A stretch of DNA of 63,739 bases, the filler included, from Globobulimina sp. (taxonomy: Eukaryota), in NCBI GenBank assembly GCA_003354225.1. It is 22 parts of 22 records of this genome, joined end to end, with 100 filler letters (N's around TTAATTAATTAA, not from the genome) between each part and the next. Parts side by side here need not be neighbours in the genome. Positions count along the whole stretch, not along the records: positions 37,735 to 40,536 come from PIVH01004832.1; positions 40,637 to 43,437 come from PIVH01004833.1; positions 43,538 to 46,338 come from PIVH01004834.1; positions 46,439 to 49,239 come from PIVH01004835.1; positions 49,340 to 52,139 come from PIVH01004836.1; 17 more parts are not named here. One strand, given 5' to 3'. Made by a program: the position numbers and the translations under genes. The notes beneath the pieces are model-generated. The model had not been told where the DNA came from, searched no databases, and saw only the letters and a program-made list of their open reading frames with translations. Each line of letters begins with the position of its first letter. The stretch's first letter is position 1. This document shows, piece by piece, positions 37,794 through 50,343 of the stretch.

Positions 37794-38717
37794 TTGGAGC
37801 GACCGGTGGTGATCACCACTGTGAATAACGCGTACAACATTTATAACGGCATCACGTATTACAATCCCTACCTGAACCTCAATGCCAACATGAATAATCT
37901 GTCGCTGTTAGCCATGGAGCCGAACGTCGATAGCATCCATTTAACCATCAACGAGTATTGCGGGGAAGTGCCACCGTGGAATGGCGAGATATCCATTCCG
38001 AGCGGACCCTATTTTGTGTTAAAAGTGTCGTGTGTGGCCACGGGGAATACCGTGGACGACCGCAGTGTGGGTCACATTGCTTTGATTGACTGGAATTTGA
38101 AGACCAAAGCAAATATATTCGTCAAGCCGCAGCAAGAAATTGTATCTTATATCACGCCGCTAACCTCATTGAACGCGGAGTTGTTGAATAAGTATGGCTA
38201 TTCCTTGCAGGATGCGGTTAAAATCATTAAGAGCGAGTTGCCGAAGAATGCAGTGTTGATTGGACAGAATATCACTATGGATCTGCAATGGTTGGGGCTG
38301 CGCGGCAATGGCCTGGATTTCAAGAACTTCATCGATTTGAGGGATGTGTGGCGGTCTTGGTCGCAGTATTACAAATCGTATACGCATTACAGCATCAATC
38401 ACCAAGCTAAATGTGTGTTGAATCGTTATTGCGAAGGCAGTAATCACTCGGCGTCGGCCGACGCCATTATGACTATGAAACTGTTCCAGTATTACATGTA
38501 TTGCCGCTATTTTAATATGCAACTGTTTCATAATAAGATCCAGAGATTGCAAGAGACCATAATTGAACCGTCCTTTTCTAAGAAACATCCGATCTATGAA
38601 GGCGTGCAAATGCAAGCGAAAAAGTATAAAGGTGTGCCGTATATTACTGCCAAACCCAAGATTATAAATTTGGATATGAATGGGTTGGATGCGGCAGATT
38701 TGGAGAAGACGGAATGA
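37794..38717 (+). CDS. REX4/ISG20-like DEDDh exonuclease homolog lacking the ExoI acidic residues
   Basis: LKVSCVATG...IALID...FVKP...YITPLT...LIGQNITMDL...HSASADA. Confidence 0.8.
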   Translation: MERPVVITTVNNAYNIYNGITYYNPYLNLNANMNNLSLLAMEPNVDSIHLTINEYCGEVPPWNGEISIPSGPYFVLKVSCVATGNTVDDRSVGHIALIDWNLKTKANIFVKPQQEIVSYITPLTSLNAELLNKYGYSLQDAVKIIKSELPKNAVLIGQNITMDLQWLGLRGNGLDFKNFIDLRDVWRSWSQYYKSYTHYSINHQAKCVLNRYCEGSNHSASADAIMTMKLFQYYMYCRYFNMQLFHNKIQRLQETIIEPSFSKKHPIYEGVQMQAKKYKGVPYITAKPKIINLDMNGLDAADLEKTE

Positions 38718-39450
38718 CAGGGTTTGCAGGTTTGAATAAATGGTGCTTTTTTTTATATGATGTTTGATGTGGGATGTGTGGATATATTATTTTGGAAAGA
38801 ATTTTTATGATCTCTGACAATATTTTTATAGCATCAGTCACTTTAACTGTTTTCTTTTTTGCGTGATAGTTATTTTTAATTTAATTTTACGCTTTGTGGG
38901 GTTATTTGCCTTTGTTTATGGCTGAGTTTTTATTTTTGATTTGTTTTTTTTCGTTTTTGATAATTGAATATACGAATAATTGATATTATTGGCTAATACA
39001 TAAATTATTTGTTCGAATTTTCTGCATCATGGATTATAAACACTTCTTTTTGAAATTGATTTCTTAAAGTTTTGAAGATATTTTTACTTTCCAAAATTAC
39101 AACCATCCTTTCCATTGGACACTAAACTTAGTTTCGTTTCGTTTCTGAATGGACAACACATAATTATATCGCATTTAAATTGTTGCAGCTAGTTCAATTT
39201 TTGCACTTGTTGGGCATGGTTCCATCTGTGAATTTTCCATGACTCTATAAATATGAAAATCTCTGGAAATTTACAATAGTAATAATTTGAATTTAAAAAC
39301 TGAGCCAATTACAATTTAAATTACAAAATTGTAGGTTCGATTATTTTAACAACATAATAAAGCATTAATAAAATTAGCACCAATGTATTCAACAAAAAAA
39401 AAGCATATAAAAAGAGGACATACAACAACGACAACAACATTTATTCGTTT

Positions 39451-40457
39451 TTATTCAAGCCCAGTTGACATAGATCCTCTCCTTAACATATTCAGCATTT
39501 CTTGATGCTCCTCTTCACTCACAACAAATCGTAAAATCTCTGCTTCCTCAAAATCAACCTTAATATCGTCTGTCTCCATAATCTCATTATTAGCAAGTAT
39601 TTCCATTTCAATCTTGTTCCCCAATCCAACGTCACCATATTCTTGTTTATTATCTTGGAAACACCAAATTAAAAACATAGCAACTGCCATGCATATAAAA
39701 CATGCAGCAAATGCTAACAATATCAAAATTCCTAAATTGAATTGTAATATTGATGCAAATGGATTATTATTCTTATCATCACCCGGCTGCTCTGCCGTTG
39801 TTTCAATTGCTTGTAATACGTCACAACGTTGCTGTATTTGTATATTTACATTTAAGTTACTTGTTGTTGATGATGATGAATTTATAAATAAATAATAATC
39901 AATGCCGCCTTTTGTAATCTTACTCAAATTATTATTATCATTATAAATCGGCAATGCTTCATCATACACACAAGTTTGACCAATGGAGCTAAGGAATCCC
40001 GGCAGTATCATGAACTGCGATGTATTGTCATGTTGGTTCGATGCCAAATGAAAGTAATATGGCCATAATCCAGTTGAAGATGTTAATATTTCTCCATTAT
40101 TGCTCTCGAAAATATCATTCAAATCAGAATTAGCAATGAAATGTTTGACATTTATATTTGCAAAATTTATATCTTGGCGCAATAAACCAGTTAAATGTTG
40201 ACAGCTTGGATAGGATCGGAAAAAAAAATCTGTTTTATTTGATGTGGATTGTATGTTCCAAAATGTATTATATTGCTGGTTTATATCTAGAATATTATAT
40301 AGATTGAGAGTAGAATCATTTATTTTCTTTGTTTTCTGCATAGTGAATGATAAACTGCAGGTCGCATTGCTTCTATATCCCCAAAAATCATGATTTGATA
40401 GATAAATATGTAAGTAACAGGTATTAGATTGCGCAAGAATTGGTATTTCGATATTGC
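39451..40457 (-). CDS. Type I membrane protein, C-terminal part (unknown function), 5'-partial
   Basis: N-glycosylation-rich ectodomain, TM LGILILLAFAACFICMAVAMFLIWCF, acidic tail. The frame stays open upstream of 40341 to about 40457. Confidence 0.6.
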
Positions 40458-40636
40458 TTCAGTAGTTTGTATACAATTAAAAAATATCCGATCATGACGT
40501 GATATGATAAACACAACCGTATTTCTCATCGATTCANNNNNNNNNNNNNNNNNNNNNNNNNNNNNNNNNNNNNNNNNNNNTTAATTAATTAANNNNNNNN
40601 NNNNNNNNNNNNNNNNNNNNNNNNNNNNNNNNNNNN

Positions 40637-41294
40637 ACATGTTTCCTGTAACCACAAATATGTAACAATCGTGGCGTATATTGTTTTGCTTTAACCTGTC
40701 GGAAACCGGAATCAATGCCACCGCTTAAAATTGTCATCTTAGGGAAAAGATTCTGAAATTTTTTACTTTCACAGCCTTGCACCTCCCTGTGTTGTATGGG
40801 TAGGTCACCCAATAAATCATCCAATTCCACTGTTTTGTACGCTGCTGTTCCGGCCTATCGATCAAATTAAATATGAGTAGAAACATACAAATACGAAATA
40901 TATTAATATACAGTACCTCATCCTGTGTGGTTTCTGCCCCCAACCAAAAGAAGACATCATATGTTTTTTTACCGTTTCTATCAACTTTTGTATCTAATAA
41001 AATGTATGAATCACCAGAATAGAATTCACCGTAACGTGATTTAGGCCATTTTTTAACTCTGAACTTTTCGATACGCCATATTTGTAGCCCTTTTTTTGAA
41101 CCTGCGTTTTTGAATGCTTTTTCTTTTTTTGCTGTTTTTTGTCTCAACATTCGATGTTCTTTACCACCATAATCTGCCATATTCGTGTTTTCAAGTTTAA
41201 TTCCATTCATGTCGCCAAAATTGATTTCGTTTTCATCCTTGAATTCGTCTTTTAATTCATCGACTGGATCTTCTTTTTTTTCATCATCTGCCAT
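40637..41294 (-). CDS. Gelsolin/severin/fragmin-family actin-severing protein; intron 40855-40916; 3'-partial
   Basis: AGSKKGLQIWRIEKF...YGEFYSGDSYILL...FFWLGAETTQDE|AGTAAYKTVELDDLLG..PIQHREVQGCES..F...GGIDSGF. Confidence 0.95.
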
Positions 41295-41827
41295 GATTTA
41301 GTGAAGTAACTCAAGACTTTCAAAAATCTACAAAACACTAAGAAATCAAACCGTTATCTAGTTAACGTAGAAAATGGAGGCATATCAAACATTATCAGTA
41401 GTACAATGATTGTGACGAGTAAATTGAACTATTATTGGAGATAGCAAAGCTTTATCCAGTTTACAAGAAGATGCAAAACAACAAATAAAAAATGTCAAAC
41501 AAACTTGCACACCGAAAAAAAAAGGTGATAATAATTAAAAAACTGGGGTAATGCCCTACTAATTACGGCAATACCTACACGTAATATTTAAGTACATTAC
41601 AAAAGAAAATAAGCTACAACAAAACAAAAAACAGAATCAAAACAAACACACTTTTAATAAAATAAAAAGACAAATTAGCAACACAGTCAGCTTTGGGAGA
41701 TATATATGGTAATACTAAAAAAAAAATTTGATCAAGAGATAATAACAATAATAGTTAGCAGACATTGCATACTCTTTTATTTTGATATAAAATCATCAAT
41801 CAAATATAAGATCAGTCATAAAATCAG

Positions 41828-43437
41828 TCACAAAGACAAGATTTTATTATTATTTGCTTCATAATTTGTAGCACAATGTTGTCTGCCATCAATACATATT
41901 TCTTGTTGTATAGAATTAACAATAATATCGACCCATACTCGCGGTCCAAAGAATTTGCCGTTTTTTTGTAATCTAAAATAGGTGCAATACCTACCGGGTT
42001 GAGTTGGGGTTTTGATAGTTGCCGATATCTCAACTTGTTGACCTGACTGTGCGTTATTTACTGCATATCGCTCTTCCAAACTTAATGTTTTATCCCCTTT
42101 AAAATACACCAATTCCACATTATCGCCCCATGCCATGGCACCTGAATTCCGCATTGCCCTACAAACAAAATGTGCGATTTTGCGTATAATATATGTGTAC
42201 ATAATACATACCACGTTTTTGTTAATATTTTATTTGGTGCATAATGTGACCGGTCCTGAAGAGTCACATCTTTTACGAATTCAACACTCGGTCTGGAATT
42301 CTTGTGTTTTCTGCGATTATTATATGAGCCATATCGATTATTATTTCTCCATCGATTATTATTATTTCTTTGCGGATTGGGATTGGGATTAGGATTATAA
42401 TATTTTTTTGTGTTTTTGTTGTAACTTTGTTGTTTTTTATTGGTATTATATTGTTTCCAGTCATTACCTCTCATTTCATATATCTCTCTGACAAAGCATT
42501 TGGTTCGAAAATCAAATTTCTGCGCATATTTTGATAAATTATTAATAACCATATCAATATCTTGCTGGTGATGTCGATCAAAATCATATCCCGATGTTTT
42601 TAAAAGGTAGCAAATAGCCTCCATATCAATGGCAGATTGCGGTGGTAATAACTCCTCAAATATACCGCTCCAAATCACATTCCATGAAACCAACCCAAAA
42701 TGGAATAACTCGCCAAGTAAGACAGTAATCGCAATAAATCGAGCATGGTCATTCCCGTTTTTTGCTTTGGCGAAGATCGAATGACAAATACTTAATAATT
42801 GTTGTCGAAATAGTTTCTTTTGCAACTTATTGTCTTCCATATAAATATATAAACTGTAGCAAAGGCGCGCATATTCATTACTACATAGAGTCTCATTCAC
42901 GGCCTTCTCCAATATACAAGACAGGATCAGCTCTATTAAGCCGCTAAATTGTGCTTTTTGTAATTTGTACAATTCTTTTGCAGATAACATGCAATTTTTA
43001 TTCAACTCAATCAATGCAACATCGGATACCCGTAATATTGATGCAATTTCCTGACTTAATTTATCAAAATTCTCCGCAGTGATTTTATTTAAAATTACAC
43101 GAATTTCTCTCTTTATGTTCTCCAATTCTGATGCTTGTACATCGTGGACGTGTTTCTCACCAAATACAGAGGTATTTGTATTGGTATTTGTCGATAATGC
43201 ATAGTTTGAAACTTCAGATGGAAATTTCCATAAATTTTTAACCAATTTGGTATCAGAGAATTGCAATTGTTCACCGGTGATATTTCTACCTTCGTTATCA
43301 TTATGTTTCGCTGCAATGTCTGCCGAATCTGAGTCATCTGCAATACCAGCAATTGGTGCAATATCCGCTTCGTCCTCTTCGTTTTCGCCTTCGTCGATGG
43401 TTTCTAATTGCGCAAATCCGTTTTTTTTGTTATCCGT
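41828..43437 (-). CDS. MIF4G-domain protein fused to a C-terminal NBR1-type FW (Ig-like) domain; intron 42159-42211; 5'-partial
   Basis: IRVILNKITAENFDKL...ILEKAVNE...YARLC...FRQQLL..C...LGELF (MIF4G). FVKDVTL.D......LTKTW|AMRNSG...W...GRYCTYFRL..NGKFFGPRVWVDIIV (FW). Confidence 0.85.
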
Positions 43438-43537
43438 NNNNNNNNNNNNNNNNNNNNNNNNNNNNNNNNNNNNNNNNNNNNTTAATTAATTAANNNNNNN
43501 NNNNNNNNNNNNNNNNNNNNNNNNNNNNNNNNNNNNN

Positions 43538-44555
43538 ATATGGAAATAGAAAGAAATATCCCTATATTAAGTACCTACCACGCACTGTCCCATCAATACA
43601 ATTCCGTAAAACTTTCAAAACAATATATGAACGCAGCCGAAAGATGTTCCAAAAAATGTCACCATCGGACACTTTGAATATGCTTAGAAACAGTCTGAAA
43701 GATTGGAAAGATTTTTTTACGTTTAACGAGCCAAATTTATGTACAGTAAAACCTGAAACTATAAATAATATCAATTGTGAATGGATTTCATACAATGGAA
43801 GTTCTATAAATAATGGCATTATTATTGGCGCCCATGGTGGTGGATATTGTGTCGGTGACTTGGTCACTCAGTATCCAATCGCAGAATTATTGTCTAAAAT
43901 GACAGGATGTGTGTGTTTATTGGTGAATTATTCCTTAGCACCGGAGCATCCTTTGCCAAAATGCATCAATGAATTGGTTGGAATATATAAATATTTGATA
44001 ACTGATTTGTCAGTGCCAAGCAATAAAGTATGTTTGTTTGGTGATAGTGCAGGCGGCAGCGCTGTGTTATTGGTGGTTCAGTCATTGTCATTACAAAGTA
44101 TTGCAATGCCTGCAACAATTTGGTGTAATTCACCGTGGTGTAATATTGCATGCAATGATCGATCATCACTGGAGAATATGAAATACGTTGTGAAGGATAT
44201 TGAAGATGGCAAAGTTCAGGAGGCGCAAACTAAAAGATTTATTAATTGGGCAATAGGAAATATTGATAAAAATGGAAAAGAAATTGCTAAGAATAATGCA
44301 TTGGACGCAATATATTGTCCAATATCTGGAAATTTTAAAAATTTATGTCCTGTATGTTTGACTTGTGGGGCAACTGAATTTTTGGTGGATGGAGTTCTTT
44401 TATGTGCTAAAAAATTAAATGAATGTAATGTAAAAGTTAAAGTCGAAATACATCCGTATATGACACATTGTTATCCGCGTTTTGTAAATTCATATCCTGA
44501 GGCAAATGAAGCTGTGTCTCGTATTGCTGATTGGTTTACTGATCATTTACAATAA
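43538..44555 (+). CDS. Hormone-sensitive-lipase family alpha/beta hydrolase (esterase), possibly 5'-partial
   Basis: HGGGY oxyanion motif, YSLAPEHP, GDSAGG nucleophile, E...H (MTHCY) triad positions. Confidence 0.92.
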
Positions 44556-45007
44556 ATAATGTTGTTTTTTTACAATTAACTTTTTTGAAAAGATCCTAAG
44601 CTTTGGTCATGCTGCACTCAAACGCCACAGTACGTGTTTGTTGTGGAAGGTATAGTGTTATCGGATGCACCGCATAAAGGAATCTGTGGAAATGGGTATT
44701 GCGCATGTTTTGGTGCCTGGTGATAATATGGAGTTAGCGGCGTTGTCGGAGCGTCAGGACAATGAGGATGTTGATGGATAAGAAATATAAAAGATGATGT
44801 TGATGACAATTCTTTCTTATAATATTTTTTTTCTTTATGTTATTCTATTCGATTATGTCTACTTTTTTTTGTTTTTGTTTTGTGTCATAGTTTAACTATA
44901 ATGCTTTGTTTGTTTGAAATTGAATGTTGTTGCGAAGAAAGACGAATGTAATTCAGATATGCATCATGATTCCTGTTAGTGAGTCAGCGAGGAAGAAATA
45001 TTGAAAT

Positions 45008-46338
45008 ATGGAAGCCTGTTCAACATGCAAATTGGATGGAGCAGACTGCCACTCTCTGCATCGATATCATTTTATTGGGTCCAGTATATCCATCATTTTA
45101 GCATTGATGGTAATCACACCATATGTATTCAACTCGAAATTACGAACATATCCATCAGTATTAATATTTTACCGCTGTATAGTAGATTTTGTTTTAGGTC
45201 TATTTTTTGCATCATATTATATCATTGACTTATTTGACTATTCAATGAATGAACATTTTATAGCGTGTACACCATATTGCCGCTGGGTAGGACTTATTTG
45301 CGAATTTTTAATCCTTTGTAATATCTTATATTATTGTACATTTTTATTTGATTTATACAAAACAATAACGAATCCGTTTGATGTGCCCGTAACACGTAAT
45401 ATATTGTTAGTCAATTGTGTCATTGTATTGATTTCGGCGACATCTGTTATTGTTTATGTAGCAGATGGTTATACGGATAGGGAAGATTTACAATTTTGTT
45501 ACATTAAAGAACATTCACTATCTGCAAAATTCCATGTGTATTACGATATTTTTCTCTTTGGCCCCGCTATATTGGCGCTTCTTTATGGCTTATTGTCCAC
45601 CTGTCTTATTGTAAAAAAAATAAATCATTTTAATTTATCATATACGTACCAGAGAAGGAAAAAAATAATCAGAGATTCTTTCATTTGTTGCATTTGCTCC
45701 ACAGCATATTGTATCGTTATATTGTCTGTTTGTTTGTGCATTCAATTTGGAGATTTACATAATGATTTTTACATAGTGTTTTCGTTATTAATTACATTAT
45801 TTGGTGTTGTTGATTTTATTATTTTTTTTAGCATCAATTTGAATTCATATCAGAAATGTAAATGTTGTGTGAATCAAACAACGTATAAACATAAAAAACG
45901 AAATGCAATTAAAAATATTAATAATAGTACAAGTTACAAAGCGCTCACAGCAACTGCACAAGATATCTATTATCGTAATAATCAAAGCAAAAATAAATCA
46001 TCAAAATGTGCAGAATGTCGCAAAAATATTGGCATTTCTTATGTTAAACCAAAAAAACCAATCAATATGTTATTGCAATATGAAGTATTAATATATATTG
46101 CCGAAGGGATTGTGCAGGCGGTGGACAAATCCGGACCACAGACGAATAGTTTCCTTGTAGAAATACGACATGGTGTTGGTGGACTAAAAAAACGAACTCG
46201 AACGTTCCACGTTTTTAACACTGAATCTGTTTCAAATACGGTTCAATTAGAAGCTTCAAAGTCAAGTGCTTCAAATTCAACTGCTTTAACTTCAAATTAC
46301 AGCGGTTCAATTAATGGCCCGTGCATAACAGGACCAGT
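45008..46338 (+). CDS. 7TM cAR/secretin-like GPCR; candidate GPCR-PIPK (kinase domain would lie beyond the contig end)
   Basis: Seven TM helices with Cys at the top of TM3 and in ECL2 (FCYI). The linker carries LQ-x9-GI at 46073-46111. Confidence 0.7.
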
Positions 46339-46438
46339 NNNNNNNNNNNNNNNNNNNNNNNNNNNNNNNNNNNNNNNNNNNNTTAATTAATTAANNNNNN
46401 NNNNNNNNNNNNNNNNNNNNNNNNNNNNNNNNNNNNNN

Positions 46439-49239
46439 ATTACTGGTTTGCAACAGAGCTAATTCGCCAATCATTATAAAACTCCTTCTTTTTTGCTTTA
46501 ATTTTTCAGGGTCGACATGTTGTGCTTTCGCTTTAGAGTCAATATGAGCCATTATCGCTTTTTTAATATTTTTATAGGAATCGCCCAAATATAAATTCTC
46601 CTCAACATGATCTAATGCGGATTTATTATCATTATCTTTTTTCTCAACCACCTCAATATCGTCATGACCCAACAATGCTTTTACAATTTTTGTTAAACCA
46701 TATCTTGCTGCAAACATCAACGTTGTTTTACCGCAATTATTGGCTATATTTACATTTATTTTCTTTGCTTTAATTAGTTGCAAAGCGATTTCTTGATGGC
46801 CATAGCGTGACGCATAAATAAGTGCAGTTTCTTTATGTAAACCGGCACAAATATTGGGATCTAATCTCTTTTTTTGCATTAAAATACGGACACAATCCAA
46901 TGACCCTTCGATCGTCGCATATAACAAAGCAGATATATTTTTTTTACATGTTGTGTTTATATACGAATTTATATGTTCATGCTTCATAAAAATATCAACC
47001 ACATTTACATTCTGATTCATACAGCTATGGATTAACGCAGTCTTACCTTCTCGGTCTTGTTTTGTGGCATCGACTTTTATTGTATTTAATAGCCATTCTG
47101 TAGTACTTGCATGGCCATTAATTGCTGTATACATTAAAAGCGTTTTCTCATTACTTAATACGTGATAGTTTTTATTTTTATTACCTCGATCTCGATCAAT
47201 ATAGCTCTTAATCCATAGCTGTGTATCATACGTTGTATTTAATACTTGCATTAAGACAATAACAAATTCCATATTGCCTCGCTTAATGGATCGAAAAAAT
47301 GTTTTTTTTAATAAATCCAATCGGTTGGCAGTTTTAAAGAATTCTAACATGATTCTTAAAACCTGGATATCTGATTGGATTATAAGTAAATCAATTACGT
47401 CCTGATTGGACATATTTTTACGTTGATCATAACCAAAAACATTTAAAATATATTGAATTATATGTCCATCGCCATGAAGATGGATAATTGCGACATGCAA
47501 TAAACTATTCCCGTCTTCATCGACGCAATTGGAGGGATCAAATATTAATCGATCCTGATTGGGCATCACGGCGCATGTCATTATAAATTGTAATAAATGT
47601 AAATATCCATTTTTTATGGTCTGAATGGCCACGTACTCTGACAATTGAGCTGTTGAATGTAACTGGAAGGCAGTTAACAAAATCTCTGAATCTGCTTTTT
47701 TTAATATCTTATGTTGCAATTTTTCAATAATTTCATATTCATTATTATTATCATTATCGTTGTCCTCTTCATAATAAAAAACTGGTATTCTTCTTTTAAT
47801 TATCTCTGCAAAAAACATTTGCATAAAATTAAAATCATTTAAGATCTCTAAAGGTGTACATTTTGCTGTTTTACTAAAATATTGAATACTGTCATAAATA
47901 CAGCCACTTTTTAATAAGGAAATAGCCGATCTTGTAATGGAAGTTGCAAATAACAAATACGGCGATGATAATAAAAAAAATAAAATGGAGAAAGTGCAAC
48001 AAAGTAAGCAAACAATCACAAATTGCATAAACACAAATGAATTTTTCAATTCATGTCGTAAAATTTGTGAGGTACACCATGGCGCACAAGCAATTATATA
48101 CGAACTATTTGATTCAACCACATCGGTTTTGCCGCCAAATATTTTGGGATTGATATAAACGATGTAAGTAATAAACAGCAACAAGAGCCAGGATTGCATG
48201 GTTCTTGCTAATACGGCGAGAAATGCGTATCGATGCACAATGCCCCGATCAAATATAAATTTTTGTATGCCACACCATGGTTTGATGTCGATTTTTTTAA
48301 CTTTCGGCGTATTGATTGTAAAATGCGGTGTTTCATTGTCATTTAATACATTTGTTGAACTCAAATTGGTATTTGTATTATTTGTATTAATCGCAGCAAG
48401 TGTTGGTTTATTTGTAATTGAATCTACAATTTCTATATTTAATACTGCCGGCGGTGATGCTTCGATGTTGATATTCAATGATTCTATTCCTTTTTCTTCC
48501 ATTTCTTGTTGTTCAAACTTTGGTCTTTCAGTAATTGTCATTGATTTATCGTATAATGATACACCGCGTGACATTGGAGTGGGATCACAACAAATATCTG
48601 GGAAATCAAACTGCGTATTATCAGTAGTATTATTCTGCTGAACAGGCGTTCCATTCCTTGTGGAACACTGCGATCTCATATTAACGGGTGTATTTAATGC
48701 GGATTTATTTGTAAATAATTTTTTTAATCTATCGGCTTCATTCATATTTAAACCAGCTAATGCTAATAAAGCAGCAGTATGCAATTCATTGGGCACAAAT
48801 GGGGTGACATTACCAGATGGAGTATCCGTTGTATCTATTGTATCTGTTGTTGCTTCTGCTGACATATCATACGACATCATAGACATCATCTGATATGGTA
48901 TTAATTTGGGTGTTTCGCTGTTTTTAGTCTTTGACATTTCAAATGATTTCTCAATGGCCATATTTCTTCTGACTGCTACTAAATCCTTTTCTTTTGCTAT
49001 ATTTCCTAGCAAAGTGGCTAAAGTTGGAGTGTTATCTCCGGATTTAATACCATTACTGGCTGAAAATTCAAACGATTTTTGAATTGCCATATTTCTGGCT
49101 GGCAACACCTGCACATCGCCAGACTTTATCTCATCCGTATTCTCTTCATCTGGATCACTGTGACTATGAGTACTGCTGTCCAGGCTTTCACTCTTTGAAA
49201 ATTCAAATGATTTGTCAATGGCCATATTTCTTCTGGTTG
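46439..49239 (-). CDS. Ankyrin-repeat membrane protein, open across the whole contig
   Basis: GNSLLHVA, KTLLMYTA, GKTALIHS, ISALLYAT, ETALIYASRYGH, GKTTLMFAARYG, KSALD. A hydrophobic cluster lies N-terminal of the repeats. Confidence 0.9.
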
Positions 49240-49339
49240 NNNNNNNNNNNNNNNNNNNNNNNNNNNNNNNNNNNNNNNNNNNNTTAATTAATTAANNNNN
49301 NNNNNNNNNNNNNNNNNNNNNNNNNNNNNNNNNNNNNNN

Positions 49340-50252
49340 CCACGCCGGTGTCCAAAGCATTGGTGAACGTGAATACAAACGGATTGACCGGCGCTACTTT
49401 GGCCGAATCCGGCGGGATACCCTCGCTCTCATCATATACACTGCAGTCGTCTTCGATATATGTATTGAAACAGAAACAGCGCGGCGCGTCGTTGGTGTTG
49501 TCATAGGCGCATAGGCCGTGACTGCCACATAACTGATCGTCGTATAATTTGCATTGAATGGGACAGCCATACTGCGAAGGCACAGATAGTGTGTATTCAC
49601 ACGGCGTGTATTCATATAAAGGGATATTTTCCGGGATGAATAAGATATTATCTTCGCATTCGAAGCGTAGATTCAATTTACGGTTGGATTGGCACTGCGT
49701 ACCATCGTCATAGTCGCCGTGGGTGTATGTGAGCTGTACGCCTAAGGACGGGTCTTCTTCGTCGAGTAAACTCCACAATGCGCCATGTGGCATACTGTCG
49801 GATAAGGCCCAGCAGTCAATGGGAGTCATGGGAGTGGTGGAGACGTCGTATTTGACTTGAAAGGCCCAGGCGGTGTCCACTGCGATTGGCACCGTGTTGG
49901 TGTAACCGGAGCAGTTAGTGTTGTCTGGGCAGTACGAATGATTGAAGGTGGTGTTGAAGCAAATGGGTGGCGGTAATTGCAATTGGTCAGCAATGTTGAA
50001 ATAATATGCATACTCTGCGGCCATGTCGGTGGAGGTGGTGTTCACCTTACGACTGTCGAAGACTTTGTAATGTTTTAATTGACCGCCTTGGTCAGTGATG
50101 CGAAGGTGACATAAATCGAAGGAAGCAGCCACGTCTGGGAAGTTGGCGAAACAGTCGTCTGTCGAGGTTTGGTAAGGTAAGGTGGGCGAAGGTGTGTAAG
50201 CGTTGGAATGATAGATGAGTATGAGAAAAAGAGTCAGGTAAAACGAAGGCAT
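49340..50252 (-). CDS. Secreted/membrane protein with mannose-6-phosphate receptor homology (MRH/ATG27-like) domain followed by an EGF-like module; 3'-partial
   Basis: Signal peptide; FDL..L, YYFNI, GVQLTYTHGD...C..NRKLNLRFEC...E...CEY...S.YGCP; then CGSHGLC...CFC...DDC. Confidence 0.75.
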
Positions 50253-50343
50253 GATGACAAACAGTTTGAAGAAGTTTTACTGTAAGTCTGTAAATACTAA
50301 CACTAAAATAAAATAAATAGTGCTTGATTTGTCATTTAGTGTT

